32,000 nt of DNA. Source: Delftia acidovorans NBRC 14950. GTDB lineage: Bacteria > Pseudomonadota > Gammaproteobacteria > Burkholderiales > Burkholderiaceae_C. The notes below the pieces were generated by a model. That model was given only the letters and a program-made list of their open reading frames with translations, was not told where the DNA came from and did no database searches. The DNA lies in the NCBI RefSeq assembly GCF_001598795.1, contig NZ_BCZP01000001.1, forward strand, positions 586,262 to 618,261. Reading direction: 5' to 3'. Both the position numbers and the translations under genes were made by a program. This document shows, piece by piece, positions 19,858 to 27,287 of the stretch (its first letter is position 1; each line of letters begins with the position of its first letter).

Positions 19858-22707
19858 ATGATGAACTGGCTCTCACAAGCCGCGCCCTGGCTGGCGCTGC
19901 TGGGCGCGATTCCCTTGCTGTATGCGCTCTCGCTGCTGCTGGCCACTTTGAACTGCATGCGCCTGCGCCTGCGTGCTGCGCCCATGGCCGTGGTGGAGCG
20001 CCAGGCGCTGGAGCCCGAATCACGGGCGGTGCTGGATGCCATGCGGCCGGAGTTGCAAGCCTTGGGCTTCACCTGGTGTGCCAGCCTGCAGGGCACGCAT
20101 CCGCAGGCCATGGATCCCGACCTGCCTCTGGAGGTGGACTTGTTCGGCCATGCCGCCGGGCGGGCCTGGGCGATGGTCCAGGCCGAACAGGCGGGAAGCG
20201 CCAGGCATGGCCGCACCGTGGGCTCCGTGACCTGGCTCACATTCTTTGCCGACGGGCGCAATTGGATGGGCTTCAATGGCCTACCTCAGACAAGCCTGCC
20301 TGCGCCGCCCGGCTGGACCTACCTGGACGATGCCCAGCCCGATACCGCATCGGCCTGGGCCGCCTACGCCGAGCGCCTGTCCGGCGACCGGGCTCCCGTG
20401 GTCCAGGGCCTTGACCAGGCGGTACAGCGCCTGGATGAGTGGGGCCGGAGCCAGGTCCCTGCACTGGTGGCCCAGGGCCGTGCGCTGCCTGCCGGGCCAG
20501 GGTTCTGGCGGCTCAGCTGGCGCGAGTCGCTGCGGCTGGCCTGGCGCGCCTTGCGTCAGGTGCGCAAGGAAGACAGGGCGGTGCCCGCCAGCCCATCTGC
20601 CGGCGCATGCCTTCATGGGCCGCAGGTCCGGCAAGTGTCCGAGGCGCTGCGCTTTCGCTACCAGAAAGCCGTGCAGCGCGGGCTGGGCATGGCGCACAAC
20701 CGCCACCGCAGTTTCTGGATCACGGCGGCGCTGTTCCTGGCAGCAGGCGCCGTGCTGTTTTCATGGGACATGGCGTGGATGCTTCTGGTGGTGATCGCCG
20801 TGCATGAAGGAGGGCATTGGCTGGCCATGCGCTGGGCGGGCTACCAGCGTCAATCCGTCTTCTTCATTCCTGGCCTGGGCGGCATGGCCACCGGAGAAAA
20901 GGCGGACGCCACGCCGCTGCAAAAAGTGGGCGTCTATCTGGCCGGTCCCATGCCTGGGCTGTTGCTGGCTGTGGGCGCGCTGGCTGCCGTAGGCTGGGGC
21001 CTGGTCCCGCAGCCACCCGCCTGGACCATGCAATTGCTGCTGCTGACCCTGGTCGTCAACGCCTTCAACCTGTTGCCCCTCACGCCTTTGGATGGCGGCC
21101 GCGTGGTGGAGAGCCTGCTGTTCGCTCGCCTGCCCGCAATGCGGCTGGTGTTTGCACTGGCGGGCATGGCCGCGCTGGGTGGGCTGGCCTGGTTCAGCCG
21201 GGACCCCCTGATCGCCATCCTCACCGGCGTGCTGCTGATGGGGCTGCCGTGGCAATGGCGGGTGATGCAACTGGAGCGGGCCATGCATCGCACCCTGCAC
21301 ACGCTTCCTCAACAAGAGGCATGCCAGGCCCCGGTCAGTGAGGCCGATGCCGTACACCGCGCATTCGGCGTGCTGCAGCAACCCGCTTTTGCGCGCTGGC
21401 CCTTTGTCCGGCGCGCGGCTGTTGCAGGCGCGCTGCTGCCTGCCTTGCAATCGCGTGCGCCCGGTTGGGCCGAAGGCGCAGCGGGCCTGGCAATCTACCT
21501 GGCCTGCCTGCTGCTGCCGGTGGCCATGGTCATGGGCATTCATCAAGCTGCGCCGCAGGGGCGGCAGGTTCTTGCTGCGCTGTGGGATGTGGAGCTGTCT
21601 GCCCGCCGTGATTACGTACCGGAGCAGCACCTGGCCGAGATCGAGGCCCGCCTGGCCCAGGCCGACCAACTGCCCCCGTCTGCCCAAGAGCAACGGGTGG
21701 AGATCTACCTGGAGGCCGCCCGGGAACTGCAACTCATGGACGACCATCCTCCGGCCGAGGCGCGCGCCAAAGCACTTTACCAATCGGCCTGGGCGATGAC
21801 GCAGTCCCGGGCACAGAGTGATCTGCAGCGTGCCCATGCATTGAAAGGCATGGCCGACACGGCGGATACCGCCGAGCAGGCAACGAATTTGCGCCAGCAA
21901 CTGGTGGCCGACCTGCAGGACGTGCAAGGCCCTGCACGCCGGGTGCTGGCCAGCGTGCAGGAAGTTCTTGCGTTCTGGGGACCGCCTGATCAGACCGTGG
22001 CGCAAAGGCTTGATCGGATGGTGCAGGCCGTGGAGATCCGCCGCGCCGACGCCGATGCGCCGGACGATTTCCTGCTGCTGCACGCGCGCATCAAGCTCGC
22101 CCGGTTGCTGGATGCCAGCGGCCACCCCGAAGCGGCGCAAGCCCAGTTGCAGGCCAATGTGATCGCGCTCCAGGCTGCGCTTCAGGCAGCGCCGCAAGCG
22201 GCGCATGCCGTGACTGCGGATTCGGCTCAGCGCCGTGAATGGAAAATCTTCTCATTGATGCAGGCCGAAACCCTGCATGCCCGGTTCATGGCCGAGCACG
22301 GCCAGACTGGCGCTGCCGTGGCACTGGCCCGCCAAACCGTGGAGCGCATCCCGCCGAAGAAGGCCGGCCACTACGCCTCCCAGGACAGCTGGATCGCCTG
22401 GCTCTGGATTGCCATAGGCATGGGTGATGCCGCTGAAGTGCGCCAGGCCCTGGAGCAACAGCTGCCTGCACCCCGTGCATATGCCGAAATCGGAATCGCC
22501 CAGGCCCGGCTGGCCGCCGCGCAACTGCTGAACGACGATGCCCTGCGCATGCAGGCACTGGCCGCGTTGCAACCGCTGTCCCAGGCGCGCCACGTTGCGC
22601 TTTGCAGGAGCCCGCGCGTGGCGCGCGACCTTCATAGCGACTGGCAAAACCTGGAGCGCAGGCTCCAGCACGAGTCTGCGCAGGCCGCAGGACTGTGCCC
22701 CCGATAG
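19858..22707 (+). CDS. Large membrane protein with a central M50 (site-2 protease) domain and a C-terminal helical-repeat region
   Basis: HEGGH (HExxH) is encoded at 20803-20817 within a TM helix. NAFNLLPLTPLDGGR (NxxPxxxLDG) lies at about 21058-21100. Multiple TM segments and roughly 400 aa of Ala/Leu/Gln-rich helical sequence follow. The start is ATG 19858 or 19861. Confidence 0.75.
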   Translation: MMNWLSQAAPWLALLGAIPLLYALSLLLATLNCMRLRLRAAPMAVVERQALEPESRAVLDAMRPELQALGFTWCASLQGTHPQAMDPDLPLEVDLFGHAAGRAWAMVQAEQAGSARHGRTVGSVTWLTFFADGRNWMGFNGLPQTSLPAPPGWTYLDDAQPDTASAWAAYAERLSGDRAPVVQGLDQAVQRLDEWGRSQVPALVAQGRALPAGPGFWRLSWRESLRLAWRALRQVRKEDRAVPASPSAGACLHGPQVRQVSEALRFRYQKAVQRGLGMAHNRHRSFWITAALFLAAGAVLFSWDMAWMLLVVIAVHEGGHWLAMRWAGYQRQSVFFIPGLGGMATGEKADATPLQKVGVYLAGPMPGLLLAVGALAAVGWGLVPQPPAWTMQLLLLTLVVNAFNLLPLTPLDGGRVVESLLFARLPAMRLVFALAGMAALGGLAWFSRDPLIAILTGVLLMGLPWQWRVMQLERAMHRTLHTLPQQEACQAPVSEADAVHRAFGVLQQPAFARWPFVRRAAVAGALLPALQSRAPGWAEGAAGLAIYLACLLLPVAMVMGIHQAAPQGRQVLAALWDVELSARRDYVPEQHLAEIEARLAQADQLPPSAQEQRVEIYLEAARELQLMDDHPPAEARAKALYQSAWAMTQSRAQSDLQRAHALKGMADTADTAEQATNLRQQLVADLQDVQGPARRVLASVQEVLAFWGPPDQTVAQRLDRMVQAVEIRRADADAPDDFLLLHARIKLARLLDASGHPEAAQAQLQANVIALQAALQAAPQAAHAVTADSAQRREWKIFSLMQAETLHARFMAEHGQTGAAVALARQTVERIPPKKAGHYASQDSWIAWLWIAIGMGDAAEVRQALEQQLPAPRAYAEIGIAQARLAAAQLLNDDALRMQALAALQPLSQARHVALCRSPRVARDLHSDWQNLERRLQHESAQAAGLCPR

Positions 22708-22730
22708 GTATCGTCGGGGAGGGCGCGCGC

Positions 22731-22919
22731 ATGCCGGCAGCGCAGGGCCAGCTATCCGCAGGCCCTGATGAAACCCCACCGAAAGAGAGCGCCGGGCCCT
22801 GCCCGCAGCATACGCAAATGCTTGATCTACTCGTCATTCACGCCACGCTGCCCGATGGCCGCCAGGACATGTCCATCGCCTGCCTCGCCACGACCTTCAT
22901 GGCACCGGGCAGACCTTGA
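22731..22919 (+). pseudogene. 5' remnant of a codA-type amidohydrolase gene (truncated duplicate)
   Basis: GGGGAGGG (22716-22723) is followed after 7 nt by ATG 22731. The ORF encodes ...PCPQHTQMLDLLVIHATLPDGRQDMSIA, almost identical to the start of codA at 24126-24209. It then diverges (CLATTFMAPGRP) and stops at TGA 22917-22919. Confidence 0.6.
22796..22880 (+). repeat. Direct repeat, left copy (85 nt)
   Basis: It aligns base-for-base with 24125-24209 at 81/85 identical positions. The mismatches are at 22799, 22809, 22817 and 22856. Confidence 0.95.
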
Positions 22920-22936
22920 ATCAGATTGATCTGATT
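22919..22936. repeat. Palindrome AATCAGAT-TG-ATCTGATT
   Basis: It has perfect 8-bp inverted arms separated by 2 nt. It sits right after the remnant ORF stop, at the GC-to-AT composition change. Confidence 0.9.
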
Positions 22937-23022
22937 TCATCTCGGATGAAAGGTGTCTACGATTGAAAATTTGCCAAGGAAATGCGGCCTTGGAATTTTT
23001 TCATTATCCGGAGGTATTCAAA

Positions 23023-24045
23023 ATGCATATATTCATAGGTGCTTTTTGCAGAATAAACAAGGCTGTCATGATATTTATTTTGGCAATGATGGCCACCTCC
23101 GCATGGTCCGTATGCGCAATTAAAGATACAAGTGATGGGTCAGGCTATTACAAGTATGTGTTCAGTAATTTCAATCCTCCAGAATTCAATCCCAATGTGG
23201 CCAAGAACACGGTGATTTACTCAAAAACCGCTATAGCGGTAATGAGTAATGGGGTTGGCGCTAGATTGATGAATTGTAATCCAATGGTCACGGGCTATAT
23301 TGTAGGTAAATCTACACCAGTCAATAATATATACCCGACGACAGTCGAAGGTATTGGAATCAGGGTTTCGTCTGGATATGGTGCTGCGCCTGTAAGTACT
23401 GCGCAGTATTCCAATCACCCCGGATCTTTTGCATATCAATATTCCGTTGTCACAGTTGAGTTGATCAAGACCGCAGATGGCGATATCACTGCAGGTGGCG
23501 TGCTGGACAGCGATTTCCTGTACGAACGCGCGAATGATGCATTTGGCCAGCTTCTCGCTCAATACAACTTTTCCTCGCCTGTCGTCCTCCGGCCCAGGGT
23601 GCCCACCTGTACCCCACAGGCGCCGGAGCCCGTGCGCATGGCCCAGACTGTCGCTCCAAAACTCACCTCAATCGGCTCAACCGGTGCTCCCCGCTCCTTC
23701 CTCATCTCGTTGTTGTGCAAGGGCGGCATCCCAGGTTCGTTGACCAGCGCCTATGTCACGCTGACGGATGTGGCAAATCCTGGAAATATCGGCAATGCTC
23801 TGACCCTGTCGAAAACCTCGGTGGCAAAAGGTGTGGGAGTCCAGATTCGCAAGGGTGAGCAGATCCTGGGATTTAGCCCGGACTCCAATGCCGCCGGCAA
23901 CAGGAATCAATGGTTTGCAGGGGCTGTTGCCTACGGGCAGGCGCGGTTGGATATCCCGCTGACGGCGCGCTATGTCAAGACCGAAGAGAACGTGACCATA
24001 GGCAGTGCCAATGCGGCGGCGACCTTCACCATCAGCTACCAGTAG
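23023..24045 (+). CDS. Chaperone-usher-type fimbrial adhesin (N-terminal receptor-binding-like domain plus C-terminal pilin domain)
   Basis: GGAGG (23010-23014) lies 8 nt before ATG 23023. The signal is ...MIFILAMMATSAWS. There is a Cys pair in the N-domain (VCAIK...MNCNP) and a pilin-domain Cys pair (PTCTPQ...ISLLC). The motifs GIGIRV and GVGVQI are present, as is the typical C-terminal strand ANAAATFTISYQ. At 340 aa it fits FimH-like tip adhesins. Confidence 0.8.
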   Translation: MHIFIGAFCRINKAVMIFILAMMATSAWSVCAIKDTSDGSGYYKYVFSNFNPPEFNPNVAKNTVIYSKTAIAVMSNGVGARLMNCNPMVTGYIVGKSTPVNNIYPTTVEGIGIRVSSGYGAAPVSTAQYSNHPGSFAYQYSVVTVELIKTADGDITAGGVLDSDFLYERANDAFGQLLAQYNFSSPVVLRPRVPTCTPQAPEPVRMAQTVAPKLTSIGSTGAPRSFLISLLCKGGIPGSLTSAYVTLTDVANPGNIGNALTLSKTSVAKGVGVQIRKGEQILGFSPDSNAAGNRNQWFAGAVAYGQARLDIPLTARYVKTEENVTIGSANAAATFTISYQ

Positions 24046-24124
24046 TTCCCCCCTGATCCCTTGCGCTTTCGGTCTGACCGCTGGCAGGCCATTCAGCGTG
24101 GTCAGGCAAGTCTGCGGGTGTGCG

Positions 24125-24209
24125 GCCATGCCCGCAGAATACGCAGATGCTTGATCTACTCGTCATTCACGCCACGCTGCCCGACGGCCGCCAGGACATG
24201 TCCATCGCC
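24125..24209 (+). repeat. Direct repeat, right copy (85 nt), forming the 5' end of the intact codA
   Basis: See the left copy. The offset between the copies is 1329 nt. Confidence 0.95.
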
Positions 24210-25418
24210 GTGCAGGGCGGGCGCATAGTTGAGGTCGCGGCCGGTCTTTCGGCGCCTGCCCACCAGGTCATCGATGCACAGCACCAGCTGGTGTCGCCGC
24301 CCTTCGTCGATCCGCATTTCCACATGGATGCCACGCTGAGCCACGGCCTGCCGCGCGTCAACCGCAGCGGCACGCTGCTGGAGGGCATTGCGCTGTGGGG
24401 CGAGCTCAAGCCGCTGCTCACGGCCGAGGCGTTGATCTCGCGCGCGCTGGAGTATTGCGATTGGGCGGCGGCCAAGGGGCTGCAGGCCATCCGCAGCCAT
24501 GTGGATACCAGCGATGCCCGCCTGCTGGCCGTCGATGCGTTGCTGGAGGTCAAGCGCCAGGTGGCTCCCTATATCGACCTGCAACTGGTGGCGTTTCCGC
24601 AGGACGGCGTGCTGCGCTCGCCCGGCGGCGTCGCCAACCTGCGGCGGGCGCTGGACAAGGGCGTGGACGTGGTGGGCGGCATTCCCCACTTCGAGCGCAC
24701 CATGGCCGAGGGTGCCGACAGCGTCAGGCTGCTGTGCGAGCTGGCGGCCGAGCGCGGCCTGCTGGTGGACATGCACTGCGACGAGTCCGACGACCCGCTG
24801 TCGCGCCACATCGAAACCCTGGCCTTCGAGGCGCAGCGCCTGGGCCTGCAGGGCCGCGTGACGGGCTCGCACTGCACCTCCATGCACAGCATGGACAACT
24901 ACTACGTGAGCAAGCTGCTGCCGCTGATCGCCGAAAGCGGCGTGGCCGTGATTGCCAATCCGCTGATCAACATCACGTTGCAGGGCCGCCAGGACAGCTA
25001 TCCCAAGCGCCGCGGCATGACGCGCGTGCCCGAGCTGCTGGCCGCAGGCGTCAACGTGGCCCTCGGCCATGACTGCGTGATGGACCCGTGGTACGGCATG
25101 GGCTCGGGCGACATGCTGGAGGTCGCCCACATGGGCCTGCATGTGGCGCAGATGACCAGCCAGGACGGCATGCGCGACTGCTTCGACGCCGTGACCACGC
25201 GCGCGGCGCGTGTGATGCACCTGGAAGGCTATGGCATCGAGGCCGGCTGCGATGCCAGCTTCGTGCTGCTGCAGGCGCGCGATGCGGCCGAGGCGATACG
25301 GCTGCGCGCCACGCGCCTGAAGGTGTTCCGCAAGGGCCGGTTGCTGGCCGAGGCGCCTTCTGCAACGGCTGCACTGCATCTGCCGGGCCGCCCGGCAAGA
25401 ATCGACTGGCGGCGCTGA
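24147..25418 (+). CDS. codA: Cytosine deaminase (amidohydrolase superfamily)
   Basis: It resembles E. coli CodA along the full length: PFVDPHFHMD, GTLLEGI, IRSHVD, LQLVAFPQDG, IPHFE, MHCDESDD, SHCTSMHS, QGRQDSYPKRRGMTRV, GHDCVMDPWY. The start is uncertain. ATG 24147 has no SD, and GTG 24120 is the alternative. Confidence 0.85.
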   Translation: MLDLLVIHATLPDGRQDMSIAVQGGRIVEVAAGLSAPAHQVIDAQHQLVSPPFVDPHFHMDATLSHGLPRVNRSGTLLEGIALWGELKPLLTAEALISRALEYCDWAAAKGLQAIRSHVDTSDARLLAVDALLEVKRQVAPYIDLQLVAFPQDGVLRSPGGVANLRRALDKGVDVVGGIPHFERTMAEGADSVRLLCELAAERGLLVDMHCDESDDPLSRHIETLAFEAQRLGLQGRVTGSHCTSMHSMDNYYVSKLLPLIAESGVAVIANPLINITLQGRQDSYPKRRGMTRVPELLAAGVNVALGHDCVMDPWYGMGSGDMLEVAHMGLHVAQMTSQDGMRDCFDAVTTRAARVMHLEGYGIEAGCDASFVLLQARDAAEAIRLRATRLKVFRKGRLLAEAPSATAALHLPGRPARIDWRR

Positions 25419-25432
25419 ACCGGCGCTGAACC

Positions 25433-25452
25433 GCCGGCGCGCTGGCGCCGGC
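25433..25452. terminator. GC-rich hairpin between convergent codA and the Crp-family gene
   Basis: GCCGGCGC, loop GCTG, GCGCCGGC. It has no flanking U-run, so terminator function is uncertain. Confidence 0.35.
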
Positions 25453-25453
25453 C

Positions 25454-26212
25454 TCAGGCGCCGGCCAGGCTGGCCTCGCGCACGATGGTCTGCAGGGCCA
25501 CCAGATCCCTGACCACCAGGCCCTGGGCTTCCACGCGAATGCAGTTGTCGCGCTCCATGCGCTTGAGCTCCTGGTTCACGCGCTGGCGCGAGGCGCCCAG
25601 CAACTGGGCCAGCTCCTCCTGCACCAGTTGCAGGCCTATGCGCAGCTCGCGCGGGTCGTCCAGCACCTGTGTGCCGTAGCTGCGCGACAGGTGCAGCAAC
25701 TGCTTGGCCAGGCGTGCGCGCAGGGGCAGGGTGTTGAGGTCTTCCACCAGCCCGTAGGTCTGGCGTATGCGGTGGGCCTGCAGGCGCAGCAGGGCGTCGT
25801 AGAACTCCACATGCGTGGCCAGGATGGCGTGAAAGCTGTCCTTGTCCACGCACAGCAGCGTGGTGTCGCCATGGGCATAGGCATCGCGCGTGCGGGGCTC
25901 GTCAAGAAAGGTGGACATGGCACCGAACCAGGCACCCGGCTCCACATAGGCCAGCGTGGTCTGCCGACCCGACAGGCTGGTCGAGCTCATGCGCACGGCG
26001 CCCTGCGCACAGGCATACCACCTGTGCGGCACATCGCCGCGTGCATAGATCAGTGCCCCGTCCTTGAGCCGCCGGACCGTGGTCTGGCGCAGGATGTCAT
26101 GGCGCAGCGAGGGCGAAAGGCTGCAGAACCACTGGCCGGAATTGATGGCCTCGCGCTCGGCGGGGGTGAGCATGGGCTCGTGGGTACTCGTTTGCAAACC
26201 GCTTGTCTCCAA
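25454..26212 (-). CDS. Crp/Fnr-family transcriptional regulator
   Basis: It has a cNMP-binding-like beta-barrel (LKDGALIYARGD...GAWFG) and a C-terminal HTH (QEELAQLLGASRQRVNQELKRMERD). It lacks an Fnr-type N-terminal Cys cluster. ATG at 26173 is an alternative start. Confidence 0.85.
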   Translation of the reverse strand: METSGLQTSTHEPMLTPAEREAINSGQWFCSLSPSLRHDILRQTTVRRLKDGALIYARGDVPHRWYACAQGAVRMSSTSLSGRQTTLAYVEPGAWFGAMSTFLDEPRTRDAYAHGDTTLLCVDKDSFHAILATHVEFYDALLRLQAHRIRQTYGLVEDLNTLPLRARLAKQLLHLSRSYGTQVLDDPRELRIGLQLVQEELAQLLGASRQRVNQELKRMERDNCIRVEAQGLVVRDLVALQTIVREASLAGA

Positions 26213-26224
26213 TCGGCCGCAATT

Positions 26225-27136
26225 TTAGGGTGTGCGGGCCTGCGGATAGGCGTGCAATTGCTCGCGCAGCAACTGCACGAAGCAGTCAGCCCTTTCGGTG
26301 GGCGCGTATTGGGGCGGCAGGGCCAGCACCACCTCCACCGCGCAGGCTGGAAGCAGTGGCAGCACACGCAGGTCGCGCGCGAACACCGAGGCCACGTAGG
26401 GGTTGACCACGCCCAGCCCCAGCCCCTGTGCAGCCAGGCTGCAGATGGTGGAGGAGTAGGTGGTCTCCATGGTGGAGCCGGCCTCTATGCCCTGCTCCTG
26501 CATGGTGCTGCGCAGTTGCAGGTAGATGTCGTCATCGGCGTTGAGCGTCAGCAGCAACTGGCCCTGCAGATCGCGCACATGCAGCCGCGTGCGCGTGGCC
26601 AGCGCATGGTCCGGGTGCATGACGCAGACGGCGCGGCTGCGGTGCAGCACGGTGGCATCCAGCTCGGGCGTGCTCAGCGCCATGGTGCTGACCACCAGGT
26701 CGAAGTGGCCATGCAGCAGGCCCTCGCGCAAGGGCGTGGAGCCCAGGGTCTGCAGGCTGATGTGGGTGCCCGGGTAGCGCTGCGCGAAGCTGCGCACCAC
26801 GGCCGGGATCACGCTCAGGCCCAGGGCCGGCGTGCAGCCTATGCGCAGCGTGCCGGCGCCGGACTGGCGCAGTGCGGCCAGGTCGCGCTCTATGCGCTCG
26901 CGCCCCAGGAAATGCTGCTGCACGGTGGCGAACAGTTCCACGGCCTCGGCCGTGGGGCGCAGCCGGCCCTTGTGCATGTCGAACAGCTTGAGCCCTGCGG
27001 CCGCCTGCATCTGGGCCAGCAGCCGGCTGACCGAAGGCTGCGTGGTGTGCAGCAGCCGCGCGGCGGCCGTGGTGGTGCCGGTCTGCATGACGGCACGGAA
27101 GGCCTCGATCTCTCGGGCGCTCAGGGGTCTGGACAT
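26225..27136 (-). CDS. LysR-family transcriptional regulator
   Basis: The N-terminal HTH EIEAFRAVMQTGTTTAAARLLHTTQPSVSRLLAQMQ is followed by a LysR substrate-binding domain. The gene is divergent from the Bug-propeller operon. Confidence 0.92.
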   Translation of the reverse strand: MSRPLSAREIEAFRAVMQTGTTTAAARLLHTTQPSVSRLLAQMQAAAGLKLFDMHKGRLRPTAEAVELFATVQQHFLGRERIERDLAALRQSGAGTLRIGCTPALGLSVIPAVVRSFAQRYPGTHISLQTLGSTPLREGLLHGHFDLVVSTMALSTPELDATVLHRSRAVCVMHPDHALATRTRLHVRDLQGQLLLTLNADDDIYLQLRSTMQEQGIEAGSTMETTYSSTICSLAAQGLGLGVVNPYVASVFARDLRVLPLLPACAVEVVLALPPQYAPTERADCFVQLLREQLHAYPQARTP

Positions 27137-27168
27137 GGCGATTCGGTCCTGCTCGGGGTGGCTGGCAA

Positions 27169-27187
27169 TGTATATCTTTTCTGTATA
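27169..27187. promoter_or_regulatory. Candidate LysR-type box in the divergent intergenic region
   Basis: TGTATA-N7-TGTATA contains a TATA-N9-TATA dyad with T-N11-A geometry. It lies 33-51 nt from the LysR start and about 100 nt from the Bug start. This rests on a pattern only. Confidence 0.25.
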
Positions 27188-27287
27188 GAGGCCACGAAAA
27201 AATGCATTTTTCCAAAGATGACAGGCTTTCTACACTGCCTCCATTGCATCGATTGCCCAGGCGCGGCAGCGCCGTCGAAAGGATTCC

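Larger units (their letters stand above)
22881..24124 (+). other. Inserted segment carrying a single fimbrial adhesin gene
   Basis: It is bounded by the 85-nt direct repeats. Hand counts of 60-nt lines give about 35-48% G+C over 22921-23460, against about 65-70% in flanking genes. No transposase, integrase or terminal inverted repeats were found. Confidence 0.6.

Noticed and set aside
22928-22931. GATC inside the junction palindrome (and another in each 85-nt repeat), reminiscent of Dam/Lrp-controlled fimbrial phase variation.
   Set aside because: There is no paired GATC-box architecture and no Lrp-site pattern. There is also no evidence that this beta-proteobacterium has Dam, and single GATC tetramers are expected by chance.
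22974-23002. CCAAGG-N8-CCTTGG hairpin followed by AATTTTTT just upstream of the adhesin RBS, a possible terminator or attenuator.
   Set aside because: The 6-bp stem with an 8-nt loop is thermodynamically weak, and the T-run is separated from it by AA. I noted it in a finding but do not call it as a feature.
24074-24105. Imperfect inverted repeat CTGACCGCTG...CAGCGTGGTCAG downstream of the adhesin stop, a possible terminator.
   Set aside because: The stem is bulged and there is no U-run. It is insufficient to call a terminator, and it matters only for whether codA is co-transcribed.
25411-25432. Tandem 11-nt duplication GGCGCTGAACC x2 spanning the codA stop codon.
   Set aside because: There are only two short copies in GC-rich DNA. 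It is most simply a slippage duplication with no evident function.
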